The notes below the pieces were generated by a model, which saw only the letters and a list, made by a program, of their open reading frames with translations, searched no databases and was not told the origin of the DNA. Shown one piece after another: positions 6,912-16,727 of a DNA stretch of 62,333 bases (its first letter is position 1; each line of letters opens with the position of its first letter). Source of the DNA: a bacterium (GTDB taxonomy: Bacteria > Electryoneota > AABM5-125-24 > Hatepunaeales > Hatepunaeaceae). A program made the translations under genes and the position numbers. Location of the stretch: NCBI GenBank assembly GCA_013202285.1, contig JABMRV010000161.1, forward strand, positions 1 through 62,333, read 5' to 3'.

Positions 6912-8609
6912 CTAATACCTGTCCTTCGCCAGCCTGAATCCGACATCGTAAAACCTCGCACTGGGACGTCCTCGATTGCGATATGCCGACCTGCTACGCC
7001 TCGCATTATCCTCCCACGTAGGCAGTACGGAACTGCCTCCACGAATCACACGATGCGAAACCACCGGAAATAGCCACGGATCACCGACGTCGGGAGCAGT
7101 CTCATACCAGTCGTGATACCAGTCCTCGCACCACTCGGCGACATTTCCGTGCATGTCGTACAATCCCCATGGGTTCGGCATCAACTGACCGACGGGAAAA
7201 CTGCTTCCTGAAAGTCCTTCCGCACTCCAGGAGAATATCCCCAATGCATGGTAATCCGGATCATCTCCCCAGGGAAACCTCGTATCGGTTTCGACCCGAC
7301 ACGCATATTCCCATTCGGCTTCCGAGGGCAGGCGGTAATTCTTCCCCGGATCAAGTAGGTTCAGCCTTCTGATAAACGCCTTGACTTCATTCCATGACAC
7401 CTGTTCGACGGGGAGATTGTCTTCCTTGTAGTAAGAGGGATTGTACCCCATGACCTGTTTCCATTGAGACTGCATGACTTCGGTTGTCTGGAGATGGAAT
7501 GCCTTGACGGTGACTTGATGCTGCGGTCCTTCATCGTCATCACGCCCCTGCTCAGATGGTGGGGAACCCATGACGAATGTCCCGCCGGGTATAAATGTAA
7601 AATTGATTTCAGGGATGAATGTATGAGGCTTTAGATTGACTGATTGAGAGAGCTGTTCAACCGATTCAGTTTCACCATTTGGCTCTGTGAAAGGAGGCTG
7701 AGGGAGAGCCGGACCGAATTGCTCGATGGGGAAGATGAAATCTCCATGATGGTTACCTGGGTCGGTGATCTGTCCATATTGAGGGTGCTGCCTGGCGAGC
7801 GAACGTTTTATCACATTGTCCCGCAGGTAAACGCTGATCTCAGATGCGGTCATGTAACCGTCGCTGTTGAGGTCGGCGTCGCCATCGAGCGCCTGCAGAA
7901 GACAGTAGTTGAAAATGCTCCGGTCGGGGACCTCTTCATCCTTCTTCCCCGCGGTGATGAACTGGCGCGCAGGATGCATCAGGTGTGCCTTATCAAGCCT
8001 CCTGTTGTTCCAGTCCGGTGGAATGACCGCTCCGGAAAAGCAGCAGTCGAATATGAACAGGGCATGTCTAACGGTCAGACTTTCCGCAATGGCAGCAATG
8101 TTCTTCATCGGAATGGCTACTTCGAGGAATCTATCTCTGTCCACCTCGACCTTTGGTGCCTCAACCGGAAGGATATAGCCCTGGTTATTTCCGTCCTCAT
8201 CGGTGACGGTTTCACCGTGTCCGCTGAAATAGAACAGGAACCGGTCATCTGATTCTCCAACTCCTCGGCTGATAGAGTCCAGAACCGCTTCCAGCGCTGA
8301 TTTGTCCGGATCGAACAGTGTTACAACTTCAAACCCTCGTTTCCTGAGCGCTTCCGCGATGGACCTGGCGTCCTTAACCGCATGGTGCAACTGGAGCCAG
8401 CCGTTTGTGTAGTTGCTTACGCCTATTACAAAGGCGTAGCTGTAGCGGTACAGAATCGTATCCGCACCGGAGGGGGTTCGACCTATTGTGGCATGTTCTT
8501 CATTGTCTCCGAGAGAGACTGCTGAGAGAGAGGATAAGAGGAATGTAATCAGTATGACGATCAAACGTTTCATTTGGAAGGTTGTATCCCGGAATAGTCT
8601 GTAATACAT
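6912..8609 (-). CDS. Secreted caspase-like (C14) peptidase fused to an FGE/SUMF1-type (formylglycine-generating-enzyme-like) domain
   Basis: 565-aa ORF; the likely true start is M13 at 8573, giving the signal peptide MKRLIVILITFLLSSLSAVS. Caspase His and Cys contexts are FYFSGHGE and IFDCCFSGA. An EF-hand/dockerin-like DGDADLNSDGYMTASE is present. C-terminal FGE-type motifs are YRLPSEAEWEYACR, GLYDMHGNVAEWCEDW and RVIRGGS. Confidence 0.85.
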   Translation of the reverse strand: MYYRLFRDTTFQMKRLIVILITFLLSSLSAVSLGDNEEHATIGRTPSGADTILYRYSYAFVIGVSNYTNGWLQLHHAVKDARSIAEALRKRGFEVVTLFDPDKSALEAVLDSISRGVGESDDRFLFYFSGHGETVTDEDGNNQGYILPVEAPKVEVDRDRFLEVAIPMKNIAAIAESLTVRHALFIFDCCFSGAVIPPDWNNRRLDKAHLMHPARQFITAGKKDEEVPDRSIFNYCLLQALDGDADLNSDGYMTASEISVYLRDNVIKRSLARQHPQYGQITDPGNHHGDFIFPIEQFGPALPQPPFTEPNGETESVEQLSQSVNLKPHTFIPEINFTFIPGGTFVMGSPPSEQGRDDDEGPQHQVTVKAFHLQTTEVMQSQWKQVMGYNPSYYKEDNLPVEQVSWNEVKAFIRRLNLLDPGKNYRLPSEAEWEYACRVETDTRFPWGDDPDYHALGIFSWSAEGLSGSSFPVGQLMPNPWGLYDMHGNVAEWCEDWYHDWYETAPDVGDPWLFPVVSHRVIRGGSSVLPTWEDNARRSRSAYRNRGRPSARFYDVGFRLAKDRY

Positions 8610-8744
8610 ACGGTTTCGAACGATAAAAGCTCAAGATAAACCATTATCGGAGATATGTCAACGAATCAAATCGCCGAGCGGGGATTAATTCCCACTCGGC
8701 GATTGTTTACTGTTAATCAGTCTGGATTATATTTCAGAGGAGTT

Positions 8745-9314
8745 TTACGTCACGAGCCCCAGTACCTTCCTGGAATACCTGGTGCTGGGTGGAATAAGAT
8801 TCAGATCGAATGTGCCTTTCCGTCCGCGGTTATAAGCAGTCAACGCCCAGTGTTCCGTATCGTGGAAATCGAGGAAGTAATCCATGTGTCGTTCGAATAT
8901 CTCAATGCCGATCCGCACATTAAGCACTGGATCGAAGAGGTCGTCCGGCGTCAATTCCGGTTCGATCTCCATTCCCGCCACCGGTCTGATCTGCATCAAA
9001 CCCCTGGCGTCACGGGGTGAAAGCGCATCGACCCGCCAGTTTGATTCAACCTCGATGATCGACTTAACGAGTTCGGGATGGCTGCTGTTTTCAATAAGTC
9101 CGATTATTTCAATTGCAATATCCGAACCGGTCTGTTGTAACAGATCCCTATAGCCTTCGTAACTGTTGAGTGCGACCAGCAAAGGCTCAACCTCAGCCAT
9201 CTGTGCCGCATACTCCGGTGAACGTTCAGGCGCATACCCATAACCGACGAACAGGATTACTGCCGCTGTTAGCAGGTATGCGTAGCGTTTGAGTGGTTCT
9301 AACTGTTCTCGCAT
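8745..9314 (-). CDS. Lytic transglycosylase (SLT domain), membrane anchored
   Basis: 189-aa ORF with an N-terminal TM helix. SLT catalytic region: IIEVESNWRVDALSPRDARGLMQI. Confidence 0.8.
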   Translation of the reverse strand: MREQLEPLKRYAYLLTAAVILFVGYGYAPERSPEYAAQMAEVEPLLVALNSYEGYRDLLQQTGSDIAIEIIGLIENSSHPELVKSIIEVESNWRVDALSPRDARGLMQIRPVAGMEIEPELTPDDLFDPVLNVRIGIEIFERHMDYFLDFHDTEHWALTAYNRGRKGTFDLNLIPPSTRYSRKVLGLVT

Positions 9315-9601
9315 TTATGTTCTCTTATAATGTCATGCTGAATCCGCCAGTTTGCGGATAATCTTTATGTTGTATGCAAGACCCGTGCCAGAATCCGAAT
9401 TCGTTATAACTCCATTATAACAATAGCTTTGCGAATCGATAGATTCAGTTCCATGCACCGAATGCGCACTAAATGCCGTATTTTCATTAGAATTAGCGGA
9501 AAATCCCGACCTATTCGGGATAAGTGGAAGGAGGAGATGATGTGGATGGGGTTTGTAAAGGGATGTCTAATTACTTAGTAAGGCAGGAGGTCATGATGAA
9601 G

Positions 9602-11632
9602 TTATCTTATCAGAAGCAGCTTTGCGGTTCTTTCAAGCTTACCTGCAGTTAACCGAAGCAGGTACACTCCCGAAGGCGACGCTTCTGCATTCCAGATCGT
9701 TTGGTAATTCCCTGCAGATTGTCTTTTGTTCACGAGATTCGCAATCTCTCTTCCGGAAAGATCGTATAGTTTCAGAGTCATAAATACATCCCGGTCGAGG
9801 GTGTATTTGATGTTTGTGGTGGAATTGAAGGGATTGGGGTAGGGTGGAAGGAGACAGAATATTGAAGGTACAGTATTTCTATCAGGATTTTCGATTGAAT
9901 GAAATACTCGTTCGATATCCGATATCCTTACTTCGTCTATGATACCGTAGAACTGATAATCGCCAATCCTATCTCTGTCGTTGGAACCGATAATTAATTC
10001 GCAATCGTCATAAAAAACGGCTTCATCAACCTCTCGTTCAGCTCTTACAACACCATCGTAGTACAACTTCATCTCACTACCATTGTAAATACCTGCAATG
10101 TGATGCCACTCGCCATCATCGGGAGCTGTATCAAATCGCACTAAGAATTCATTTTCTTCCGTTGAAATCAGAAAACCGATCTCATCAAATTCATTACTGA
10201 CATAAAGCAGGTAACTTTGATATTCCACATCCAGAACTTTGTTAATTATCGCACCGGTATGCTCGTCCATTCCGATGGGTATATAAAACCAGCCTTCTAT
10301 TGTAAATTGCTCGGGTCTCAGAGATTCATCATCGGGAATCGACATGCAGCCACCTGATTCCGAGAGGAGATTCAAACCACCATCCCACAAACCTTCGATC
10401 TGTTCAGCTTCGCCATATAATATGCCATTATTACTGTAAGAGGAGACGTCCGTTGTTATATCCAGATCTGGCGTCGTTCTGAATAAAATCGATTCATAGT
10501 TTTCATTATCATCGCTACTTCCGCTTACTAAGTAACTACGATCATCTAATGCAACGACATTCCAAGCATGTTCAGTATCCTCCCCACCGAAGGTTTTTTG
10601 CCAGATTATTTCTCCTTCGGGTGAAACCTTCATCATTCCTATATCTCCGCCTATCCGATCATGTTCTTCCAAGTAATAATCATATATCCCTACTATCAGG
10701 TAGTTATCATCCATTGTGTGGATTATTTCTTGACATACATCGATATGCTCGCTGCCCGTATTAATGGACCAGAGTTGATTGCCTACTTTGTCGATGGCAA
10801 ATACCCAGTAATTATCTCTATCCTCGCCTGCACATATAAAGACCTCATCATCCTGCAATATGCTGTTTATTCTCGCATCATTACCGTATTGTCTGGACCA
10901 ATTCACTTCGCCATCCTCATCCAACGATATAATAAATCCTCTTGATTGCCATCCTATTAAGCCGCAAATTAAATATTCTTCACCTGACTTCAGTATATCT
11001 TCGCACCAGGCAATAGATGGATATTCGCCTTCCTCAAAAGACCAAACCAAGTTACCGTCAATGTCGAATTTAACAACAAGTACCTTTAGACTATCAGACA
11101 TTCCACCTAAAATAATTCCATCATTTTCAGCTTCAACGATTTCAGTGCACGAAGAGAAATTAAGATTTTCATCTGTGAAAGCTGTAATGCTGTCGCCGTC
11201 ATTTTCCGTTATAAATACCCAATAATCAGTGTTATTTGGGTCGTCCGGATCATAACTACTACAAACCATGGCTATGTTGCCATTGGAGCACTGGATTAAA
11301 TTAATGCCTCTATCGCGCATTCCAAAGTCAAATGTGCGACACCAGTTAACCTCACCATCCTCATTCATGTTGGCAAGCGCAACATCATCATTCTGATAAC
11401 CGCAAACCAGGAGGTTGTCATCATCAGCTCTGATGAGTGAATAAATATGTGATATCACGTCATCCTCATCGATCACCTTCATCCAGAGACTGTCCGGTTC
11501 CTCAACGTCCATGTGCCAGAGCGCGATAGTGTGTTCGTCGGGTTGTAAGGGTTCTACTGGTTGAGATTGAACGTCTTGCGATGTAAATAAAGCAAATATA
11601 CTCGCAAGCATGACTGATCTTAACAATTTCAT
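9602..11632 (-). CDS. Secreted beta-propeller-like / LamG-domain protein with T9SS C-terminal sorting domain
   Basis: 676-aa ORF with a signal peptide. Repeated DGEVNW / DGNLVWS / GNQLWS / EGEIIWQ motifs, then a ConA/LamG-like region (FTIEGWFY...HHIAGIYNGSEMKLYYDG). C-terminal sorting domain: PYPNPFNSTTNIKYTL...GVYLLRLTAGKLERTAKLLLIR. Confidence 0.7.
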   Translation of the reverse strand: MKLLRSVMLASIFALFTSQDVQSQPVEPLQPDEHTIALWHMDVEEPDSLWMKVIDEDDVISHIYSLIRADDDNLLVCGYQNDDVALANMNEDGEVNWCRTFDFGMRDRGINLIQCSNGNIAMVCSSYDPDDPNNTDYWVFITENDGDSITAFTDENLNFSSCTEIVEAENDGIILGGMSDSLKVLVVKFDIDGNLVWSFEEGEYPSIAWCEDILKSGEEYLICGLIGWQSRGFIISLDEDGEVNWSRQYGNDARINSILQDDEVFICAGEDRDNYWVFAIDKVGNQLWSINTGSEHIDVCQEIIHTMDDNYLIVGIYDYYLEEHDRIGGDIGMMKVSPEGEIIWQKTFGGEDTEHAWNVVALDDRSYLVSGSSDDNENYESILFRTTPDLDITTDVSSYSNNGILYGEAEQIEGLWDGGLNLLSESGGCMSIPDDESLRPEQFTIEGWFYIPIGMDEHTGAIINKVLDVEYQSYLLYVSNEFDEIGFLISTEENEFLVRFDTAPDDGEWHHIAGIYNGSEMKLYYDGVVRAEREVDEAVFYDDCELIIGSNDRDRIGDYQFYGIIDEVRISDIERVFHSIENPDRNTVPSIFCLLPPYPNPFNSTTNIKYTLDRDVFMTLKLYDLSGREIANLVNKRQSAGNYQTIWNAEASPSGVYLLRLTAGKLERTAKLLLIR

Positions 11633-11828
11633 GATTACCTCAAGTATGATAACGTCGTTGATTATGTATCGATATGGTGAAGGAGTGTCAACTCAGGAGG
11701 AATCTGACTTCTTCAGTGCTCTACTTTAACGCTGACATATCAGATACATGTAATTTCATAATATACAAAATTGATAACGATATGCAAGTTTTTCGATTTT
11801 AATTTATATTCGGCTTTTCAAGCAGGAT

Positions 11829-14800
11829 TCAAAAAAGCTGCGCCCCTGACTTCTCATTCAATTCCTGCAGATTCAACGGCTTCAGTTTACGATCCTGGAT
11901 TGCCGCTCGGATTGCTTCAATGGCGGCTTCCGCCGCTGAAAGAGTGGTTATTAACGGAAGCCCCGTTCGGTAGGCGGTTTCGCCGACAATTCTCTCGTCG
12001 AAATAGGATTCTTTTCCAAGAGGCGTGTTGATAAGCAGTTGGATTTCACCGTTCTTTATGAGATCGACAATGTTGGGGCGTCCCTCGTTTACCTTGTAAA
12101 CAAATTCCGCCTCAATTCCGTGCTCTTCGAGTACCCCTTTAGTGCCCCGAGTAGCCACAAGCTTGAATCCCATCTCGGTTAGACTTCCGGCGATCTTGAC
12201 AATCCGCCCGCGGTCATGTTCGTTGACGGAAACGAAAACCGAGCCTTTCAGCGGAAGATAGGTTCCGGCGGCATAGAGAGCCTTGGAATACGCCTCACTG
12301 AAACTGTCGGCAATCCCCATAACCTCACCCGTTGAGCGCATCTCCGGACCGAGAAACGGATTGAAACCCTCAAAACGGCTGAAGGGAAAGACCACCTCTT
12401 TTACCGCATATCGACCCGGATTGAGGTTTTCACGCACACCCTGATCCTGAAGAGACTTCCCGATCATGCACAACGTTGCTACCCTGACCCAGTTGACGCC
12501 GGTCGCCTTGGAGACGAACGGTATGGTGCGGCTGGCGCGCGGGTTCACCTCGATGATGTACATCTCTCCGTCGCGAAAGGCGAACTGAACGTTCATCAAT
12601 CCCACGACCTGCAGCGCATCGGCGAGGGTACGGGTTATCCCGATCATCTGGTCTCGCTGCTCGTCCGTCAGGATGAACGGAGGAAGAACGCAGGCGCTGT
12701 CACCGCTGTGAATTCCGGCTTCTTCGATATGCTGCATGATGCCGCAGATTATCGCTTCTCTCCCGTCCGAAACAGCATCGACGTCGAACTCGTAGGCATT
12801 CTCAATGTAGCGGTCGATGAGAACCGGATGTTCAGGAGTCACTTCTCCAGCCGACTCACGGAGGTATTTCTTCAGGCGTTCGTTATCATAGACGATCTCC
12901 ATTGCCCGCCCGCCCAACACGAAACTCGGACGAACCAACAACGGATAGCCGATACTCTCGGCAATGTCCTCAGCCTCAGTGAAGTGTTGTGCAATGCCGT
13001 ACTGAGGGTGAGGTATGTCAAGCGAGCGCAGCAATGCTCCGAATTTCTCCCTGTCCTCGGCATCGGCGATATGGGATGGCGGCGTGCCGATGATGTTAAC
13101 ACCGTTCTCTTCGAGAGCGGCGGCGATTGTGAGAGGCGTCTGCCCGCCGAATTGAACGATTACGCCAGCCGGTTTTTCTATCCTGCAGATTTCAAGAACA
13201 TCCTCAAGCGTGATAGGCTCGAAATACAGCCGTCCTGAAACGTCGTAGTCGGTCGAGACGGTCTCCGGATTGCAGTTAATCATAATACTCGTGTATCCCT
13301 CGCTGGACAGTGTGAGAGAAGCATGAACACAACAATAGTCGAACTCAATACCCTGACCTATCCGGTTCGGTCCGCTGCCCAGGACGATGATCCTTGGTTT
13401 GTCACCCGTTTTTACTTCGCTCCTGCCCTGTTCATACGAGGAATAGTAGTACGGAGTATAAGCCTCAAACTCAGCCGCACAGGTATCGACCGATAAGAAC
13501 ACCGGACGGATGTCATGCACCTCACGCAGCCTTCGGATAGTGGTTTGGTTGGTCTGAAAGATGTGCGCGAGCTGTCTGTCGGAGAAGCCTGCCTGTTTTG
13601 CCTCGAAGAGTTGCTCGCGGGTTACGGCTCTCCGCAGGGTTGTTAAATCGTGCGAACCGTTTGGCACAAGTGTTCTGAGATGCTTCTCCTGTTCAACGAT
13701 AAGGGCGATCTGGTCTATGAACCAGGGATCGATTCCCGTGGTCTCGGCTATCTCTTCGACCGAGATTCCGAGTTTGAGGGCATGTCGGAGGTAGAAGATG
13801 TTCTCCTGTCGTGGAGTTGACAGCTTACGCCTGACCAATGCGCGCCATTCAGACAGCAGATGCGGTTCGACGTGATCTGAGAGCAGAACATCGCGTCCGT
13901 CAGCGCCCAGTCCCGCGCGGTTCTGTTCCAGGCTGCGCAATGCTTTCTGCAACGCTTCGGGGAAGGTTCTCCCGATAGCCATCACTTCGCCGACTGATTT
14001 CATCTGACTGCCGAGTGTCTGATCGACGGTGGGAAATTTCTCAAACGCCCACCTTGGTATCTTTACGACAATATAATCGAGAGCAGGTTCGAAGCTTGCG
14101 GGCGTCTTACGGGTGATGGCGTTCGTAATCTCATCGAGACGATAGCCCACTGCCAGTTTGGTCGCAATTCGGGCAATTGGGAAACCTGTGGCTTTCGACG
14201 CCAGGGCGGACGAGCGGCTGACGCGTGGGTTCATCTCGATTACCACCATGCGACCGTTTTCAGGATTGACGGCGAATTGTATGTTGCTGCCGCCGGTATC
14301 AACGCCGATTTTACGAATGACAGCGAATGCAGCGTCCCGCATCAGTTGATATTCCTTGTCGGTCAGTGTCATTGCCGGAGCGACGGTTATGCTGTCGCCT
14401 GTATGAATACCCAATGGATCGAAGTTTTCAATCGAGCACACAACCACGCATTGATCGGCGCAATCGCGCATGACCTCAAGCTCGAACTCCTTCCAGCCTG
14501 TCAACGCTTCCTCGATCAGAACCTCTCCAATAGGGCTGCGCTCCAGCCCCCACGTTGTGCGAGCCTCGAATTCCTCCTGGTTATATACAATAGAGCCGCC
14601 AACTCCTCCCAACGTGAATGAGGGACGAATAATAGCCGGTAGTCCTGTTTTTTCGAGGACGAACGATGCCTCGGTCATCGTCTTGGCAAAGCCGCCGTTC
14701 GGCATGTCAAGTCCAATGCTGCGCATGGCATGATGGAATTGCTCGCGATTCTCCGCCTGCCGGATGGCTCTGACCGAAGCGCCCAGTAACCTGATACCGT

Positions 14801-15131
14801 ATCGTTCGAGGATGCCGGCGTTGTCCAGTTCGATAGCAAGGTTGAGAGCCGTCTGTCCGCCCATTGTCGGCAACAGCGTATCTGGTTTTTCACGCTCGAT
14901 AATCCGCTCGATGATGTCCAGTTCGAGCGGTTCTACATAGGTGGCATCCGCGAGAGCCGGATCGGTCATGATCGTAGCAGGATTACTGTTGACCAGTATT
15001 ACTCGAAAGCCTTCTTCTTTAAGTGTGCGTATTGCCTGGGTGCCGGAATAGTCGAATTCACATGCCTGCCCGATGACGATGGGTCCACTGCCCAAAACCA
15101 GCACCGATTTGATGTCATCACGTCTTGGCAT
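11829..15131 (-). CDS. carB: Carbamoyl-phosphate synthase large subunit
   Basis: Unmistakable CarB sequence from [33 protein letters not shown], with two ATP-grasp halves and an MGS-like C-terminus. The ORF extends to 15260, but the conserved N-terminus starts at the ATG at 15131, which overlaps the carA stop by 14 nt. Confidence 0.97.
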   Translation of the reverse strand: MPRRDDIKSVLVLGSGPIVIGQACEFDYSGTQAIRTLKEEGFRVILVNSNPATIMTDPALADATYVEPLELDIIERIIEREKPDTLLPTMGGQTALNLAIELDNAGILERYGIRLLGASVRAIRQAENREQFHHAMRSIGLDMPNGGFAKTMTEASFVLEKTGLPAIIRPSFTLGGVGGSIVYNQEEFEARTTWGLERSPIGEVLIEEALTGWKEFELEVMRDCADQCVVVCSIENFDPLGIHTGDSITVAPAMTLTDKEYQLMRDAAFAVIRKIGVDTGGSNIQFAVNPENGRMVVIEMNPRVSRSSALASKATGFPIARIATKLAVGYRLDEITNAITRKTPASFEPALDYIVVKIPRWAFEKFPTVDQTLGSQMKSVGEVMAIGRTFPEALQKALRSLEQNRAGLGADGRDVLLSDHVEPHLLSEWRALVRRKLSTPRQENIFYLRHALKLGISVEEIAETTGIDPWFIDQIALIVEQEKHLRTLVPNGSHDLTTLRRAVTREQLFEAKQAGFSDRQLAHIFQTNQTTIRRLREVHDIRPVFLSVDTCAAEFEAYTPYYYSSYEQGRSEVKTGDKPRIIVLGSGPNRIGQGIEFDYCCVHASLTLSSEGYTSIMINCNPETVSTDYDVSGRLYFEPITLEDVLEICRIEKPAGVIVQFGGQTPLTIAAALEENGVNIIGTPPSHIADAEDREKFGALLRSLDIPHPQYGIAQHFTEAEDIAESIGYPLLVRPSFVLGGRAMEIVYDNERLKKYLRESAGEVTPEHPVLIDRYIENAYEFDVDAVSDGREAIICGIMQHIEEAGIHSGDSACVLPPFILTDEQRDQMIGITRTLADALQVVGLMNVQFAFRDGEMYIIEVNPRASRTIPFVSKATGVNWVRVATLCMIGKSLQDQGVRENLNPGRYAVKEVVFPFSRFEGFNPFLGPEMRSTGEVMGIADSFSEAYSKALYAAGTYLPLKGSVFVSVNEHDRGRIVKIAGSLTEMGFKLVATRGTKGVLEEHGIEAEFVYKVNEGRPNIVDLIKNGEIQLLINTPLGKESYFDERIVGETAYRTGLPLITTLSAAEAAIEAIRAAIQDRKLKPLNLQELNEKSGAQLF

Positions 15132-16257
15132 GACGCATCTCCCTGATGAAGCGGTCGAAATATGTCCGTCCTTCATGCGGACCGGGGCTGGCTTCCGGGT
15201 GGTACTGGATGGAAAAGAAGGGCTTTTGTGAATGTTCGAGTCCTTCCACCGTGCCGTCATTCAGATTCAGATGGGTGATTTGCCACTCGTCTCTTAGACC
15301 GTCAGGATCGACGGCGAAGCCGTGGTTCTGGCTTGAGATTTCAATTATCCCGTCACCGAGCATCTTTACCGGATGATTAGCGCCGCGATGACCGAACCGC
15401 AGTTTGAATGTCTTGAGACCCGCTGCGAGTGCGAGTAACTGATGTCCGAGACAGATGCCGAACAAGGGGATATTTCCCCTCAACAGTTCTGAGATAGTCT
15501 CAATGCCTTTGAGAACTGCTGCCGGGTCGCCGGGTCCGTTCGAGATCAGCACACCGTCATAATCCGAGCCTTTTATCTCTTCAGCGGTTATTTCAGCCGG
15601 AAGGACGGTAACTTCACAGCCTCTGCAGGCGAGTTCTCGCAGGATATTGCGTTTTACACCGAAGTCGATCACCGCCGTCCGCAGTCCTTCACCGCTTTTC
15701 AGAACCGGATTCCATTTCGAGTTGACATCGGAAGCCGGGAAGCTATATGGTTTGTTACATGAGACCTCAGTTGCGAGATCTGAGCCTGTCATGGATGCGG
15801 ATGATTTGACTAACTCCATAGCATCGCTTACTGGCTTCTCGACGGGGAAAATACCGGCGCGCATTGCACCCCGTTCCCTCAGATGGAGTGTTATCGAGCG
15901 AGTATCTACACCTGATAAGAGCGGAACATTCGACTCAGCCAACCATGAAGGCAGGTCTCCTTCGGAACGCCAGCTCCGCGGAGCGGGAGCGATGCTGCGC
16001 ACCACAGCTCCGGTTGCGTGTATCCGGTCGGATTCATTGTCCTCGCTGTTCACACCGACATTTCCGATATGAGGCGCGGTGAAGACTATAATCTGGCGGG
16101 AATAGGAGGGATCTGTAAGGATCTCCTGGTAGCCGGTGTGAGATGTATTGAAGACGGCTTCTCCGAGGCATGGCTGACTGCCGAGAAAGGAGTATCCCCT
16201 GAACTTCTTCCCATCCTCAAGTAATAAATATCCTTCGCGAGAGTTTTTTAATTGCAA
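15118..16257 (-). CDS. carA: Carbamoyl-phosphate synthase small (glutamine amidotransferase) subunit
   Basis: 379-aa ORF with a TTG start. N-terminal [16 protein letters not shown] and GATase triad context [12 protein letters not shown] ... [13 protein letters not shown]. Confidence 0.97.
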   Translation of the reverse strand: MQLKNSREGYLLLEDGKKFRGYSFLGSQPCLGEAVFNTSHTGYQEILTDPSYSRQIIVFTAPHIGNVGVNSEDNESDRIHATGAVVRSIAPAPRSWRSEGDLPSWLAESNVPLLSGVDTRSITLHLRERGAMRAGIFPVEKPVSDAMELVKSSASMTGSDLATEVSCNKPYSFPASDVNSKWNPVLKSGEGLRTAVIDFGVKRNILRELACRGCEVTVLPAEITAEEIKGSDYDGVLISNGPGDPAAVLKGIETISELLRGNIPLFGICLGHQLLALAAGLKTFKLRFGHRGANHPVKMLGDGIIEISSQNHGFAVDPDGLRDEWQITHLNLNDGTVEGLEHSQKPFFSIQYHPEASPGPHEGRTYFDRFIREMRHAKT

Positions 16258-16270
16258 TGACTTATCTGTT

Positions 16271-16312
16271 TGAATTTTGGATTATGAATTTTGAATTTTG
16301 AATTGAAAATTT
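16271..16312. repeat. Tandem ATTTTGR heptamer block 1 (upstream of carA)
   Basis: TGAATTTTGGATTATGAATTTTGAATTTTGAATTGAAAATTT starts 14 nt upstream of the carA TTG start. Confidence 0.7.
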
Positions 16313-16458
16313 AAATGCAGAGGAATATTGACGAAGAATCTCAGTCGAGTGAAATTAAAACAGTGATCTAAACTATCAAAGAGTCATATTGTCAAATGAA
16401 GGATTATTGGAAAATATTTGGGTCTTCGCTGCATTGAATGGGGAGCGCTGACAACATC

Positions 16459-16492
16459 AAATTTTGGATTTTGAATTTTGGATTTTGAATTC
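16459..16492. repeat. Tandem ATTTTGR heptamer block 2
   Basis: AAATTTTGGATTTTGAATTTTGGATTTTGAATTC has the same unit as block 1, about 190 bp away, in the carA / 16728 divergent intergenic region. Confidence 0.7.
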
Positions 16493-16727
16493 AACATCGT
16501 GACAAGGGGGAAATTGATCAATAAGACGCTTTTAATCCAATCGTTTTTTCGAGTACCACTTGCATTGTAAATTATTATCATATATATTAGTAATATGATG
16601 TAAAGGAACAGCATACATTTATCAACTAAACGGGGTTCCTGATACTATTTCGAGAACTCTAAACACATTCCGCTCTTAAAAAAATCATATTTATCAGGCA
16701 TAGAACTAATGTTATGGAGAAGTTATC

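Noticed and set aside
12708-13238. Antisense ORFs inside large conserved genes (e.g. 12708-13238 in carB, 1320-1898 in the GlmL-like gene, 36289-36732 in the FtsX gene, 7644-8252 in the caspase gene)
   Set aside because: They lie opposite strongly conserved coding frames. Their Ser/Pro/Arg-rich, low-complexity translations are typical of shadow ORFs.
15132-15260. 43-codon N-terminal extension of the carB ORF
   Set aside because: The extension overlaps the conserved C-terminus of carA and has no CarB homology. The conserved CarB N-terminus begins at the ATG at 15131.
16271-16492. CRISPR array or ARG-box operators in the carA upstream repeats
   Set aside because: The units are only 7 nt, directly tandem and without spacers, so this is not a CRISPR array. 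TGAATTTTGAATT lacks the palindromic TGAAT-N4-ATTCA symmetry of ARG boxes.
16384-16614. 76-aa ORF in the carA / 16728 intergenic region
   Set aside because: It is AT-rich and of low complexity (LLIYMIIIY), it runs across the heptamer repeat block, and it has no RBS or recognisable family. It is most likely non-coding.
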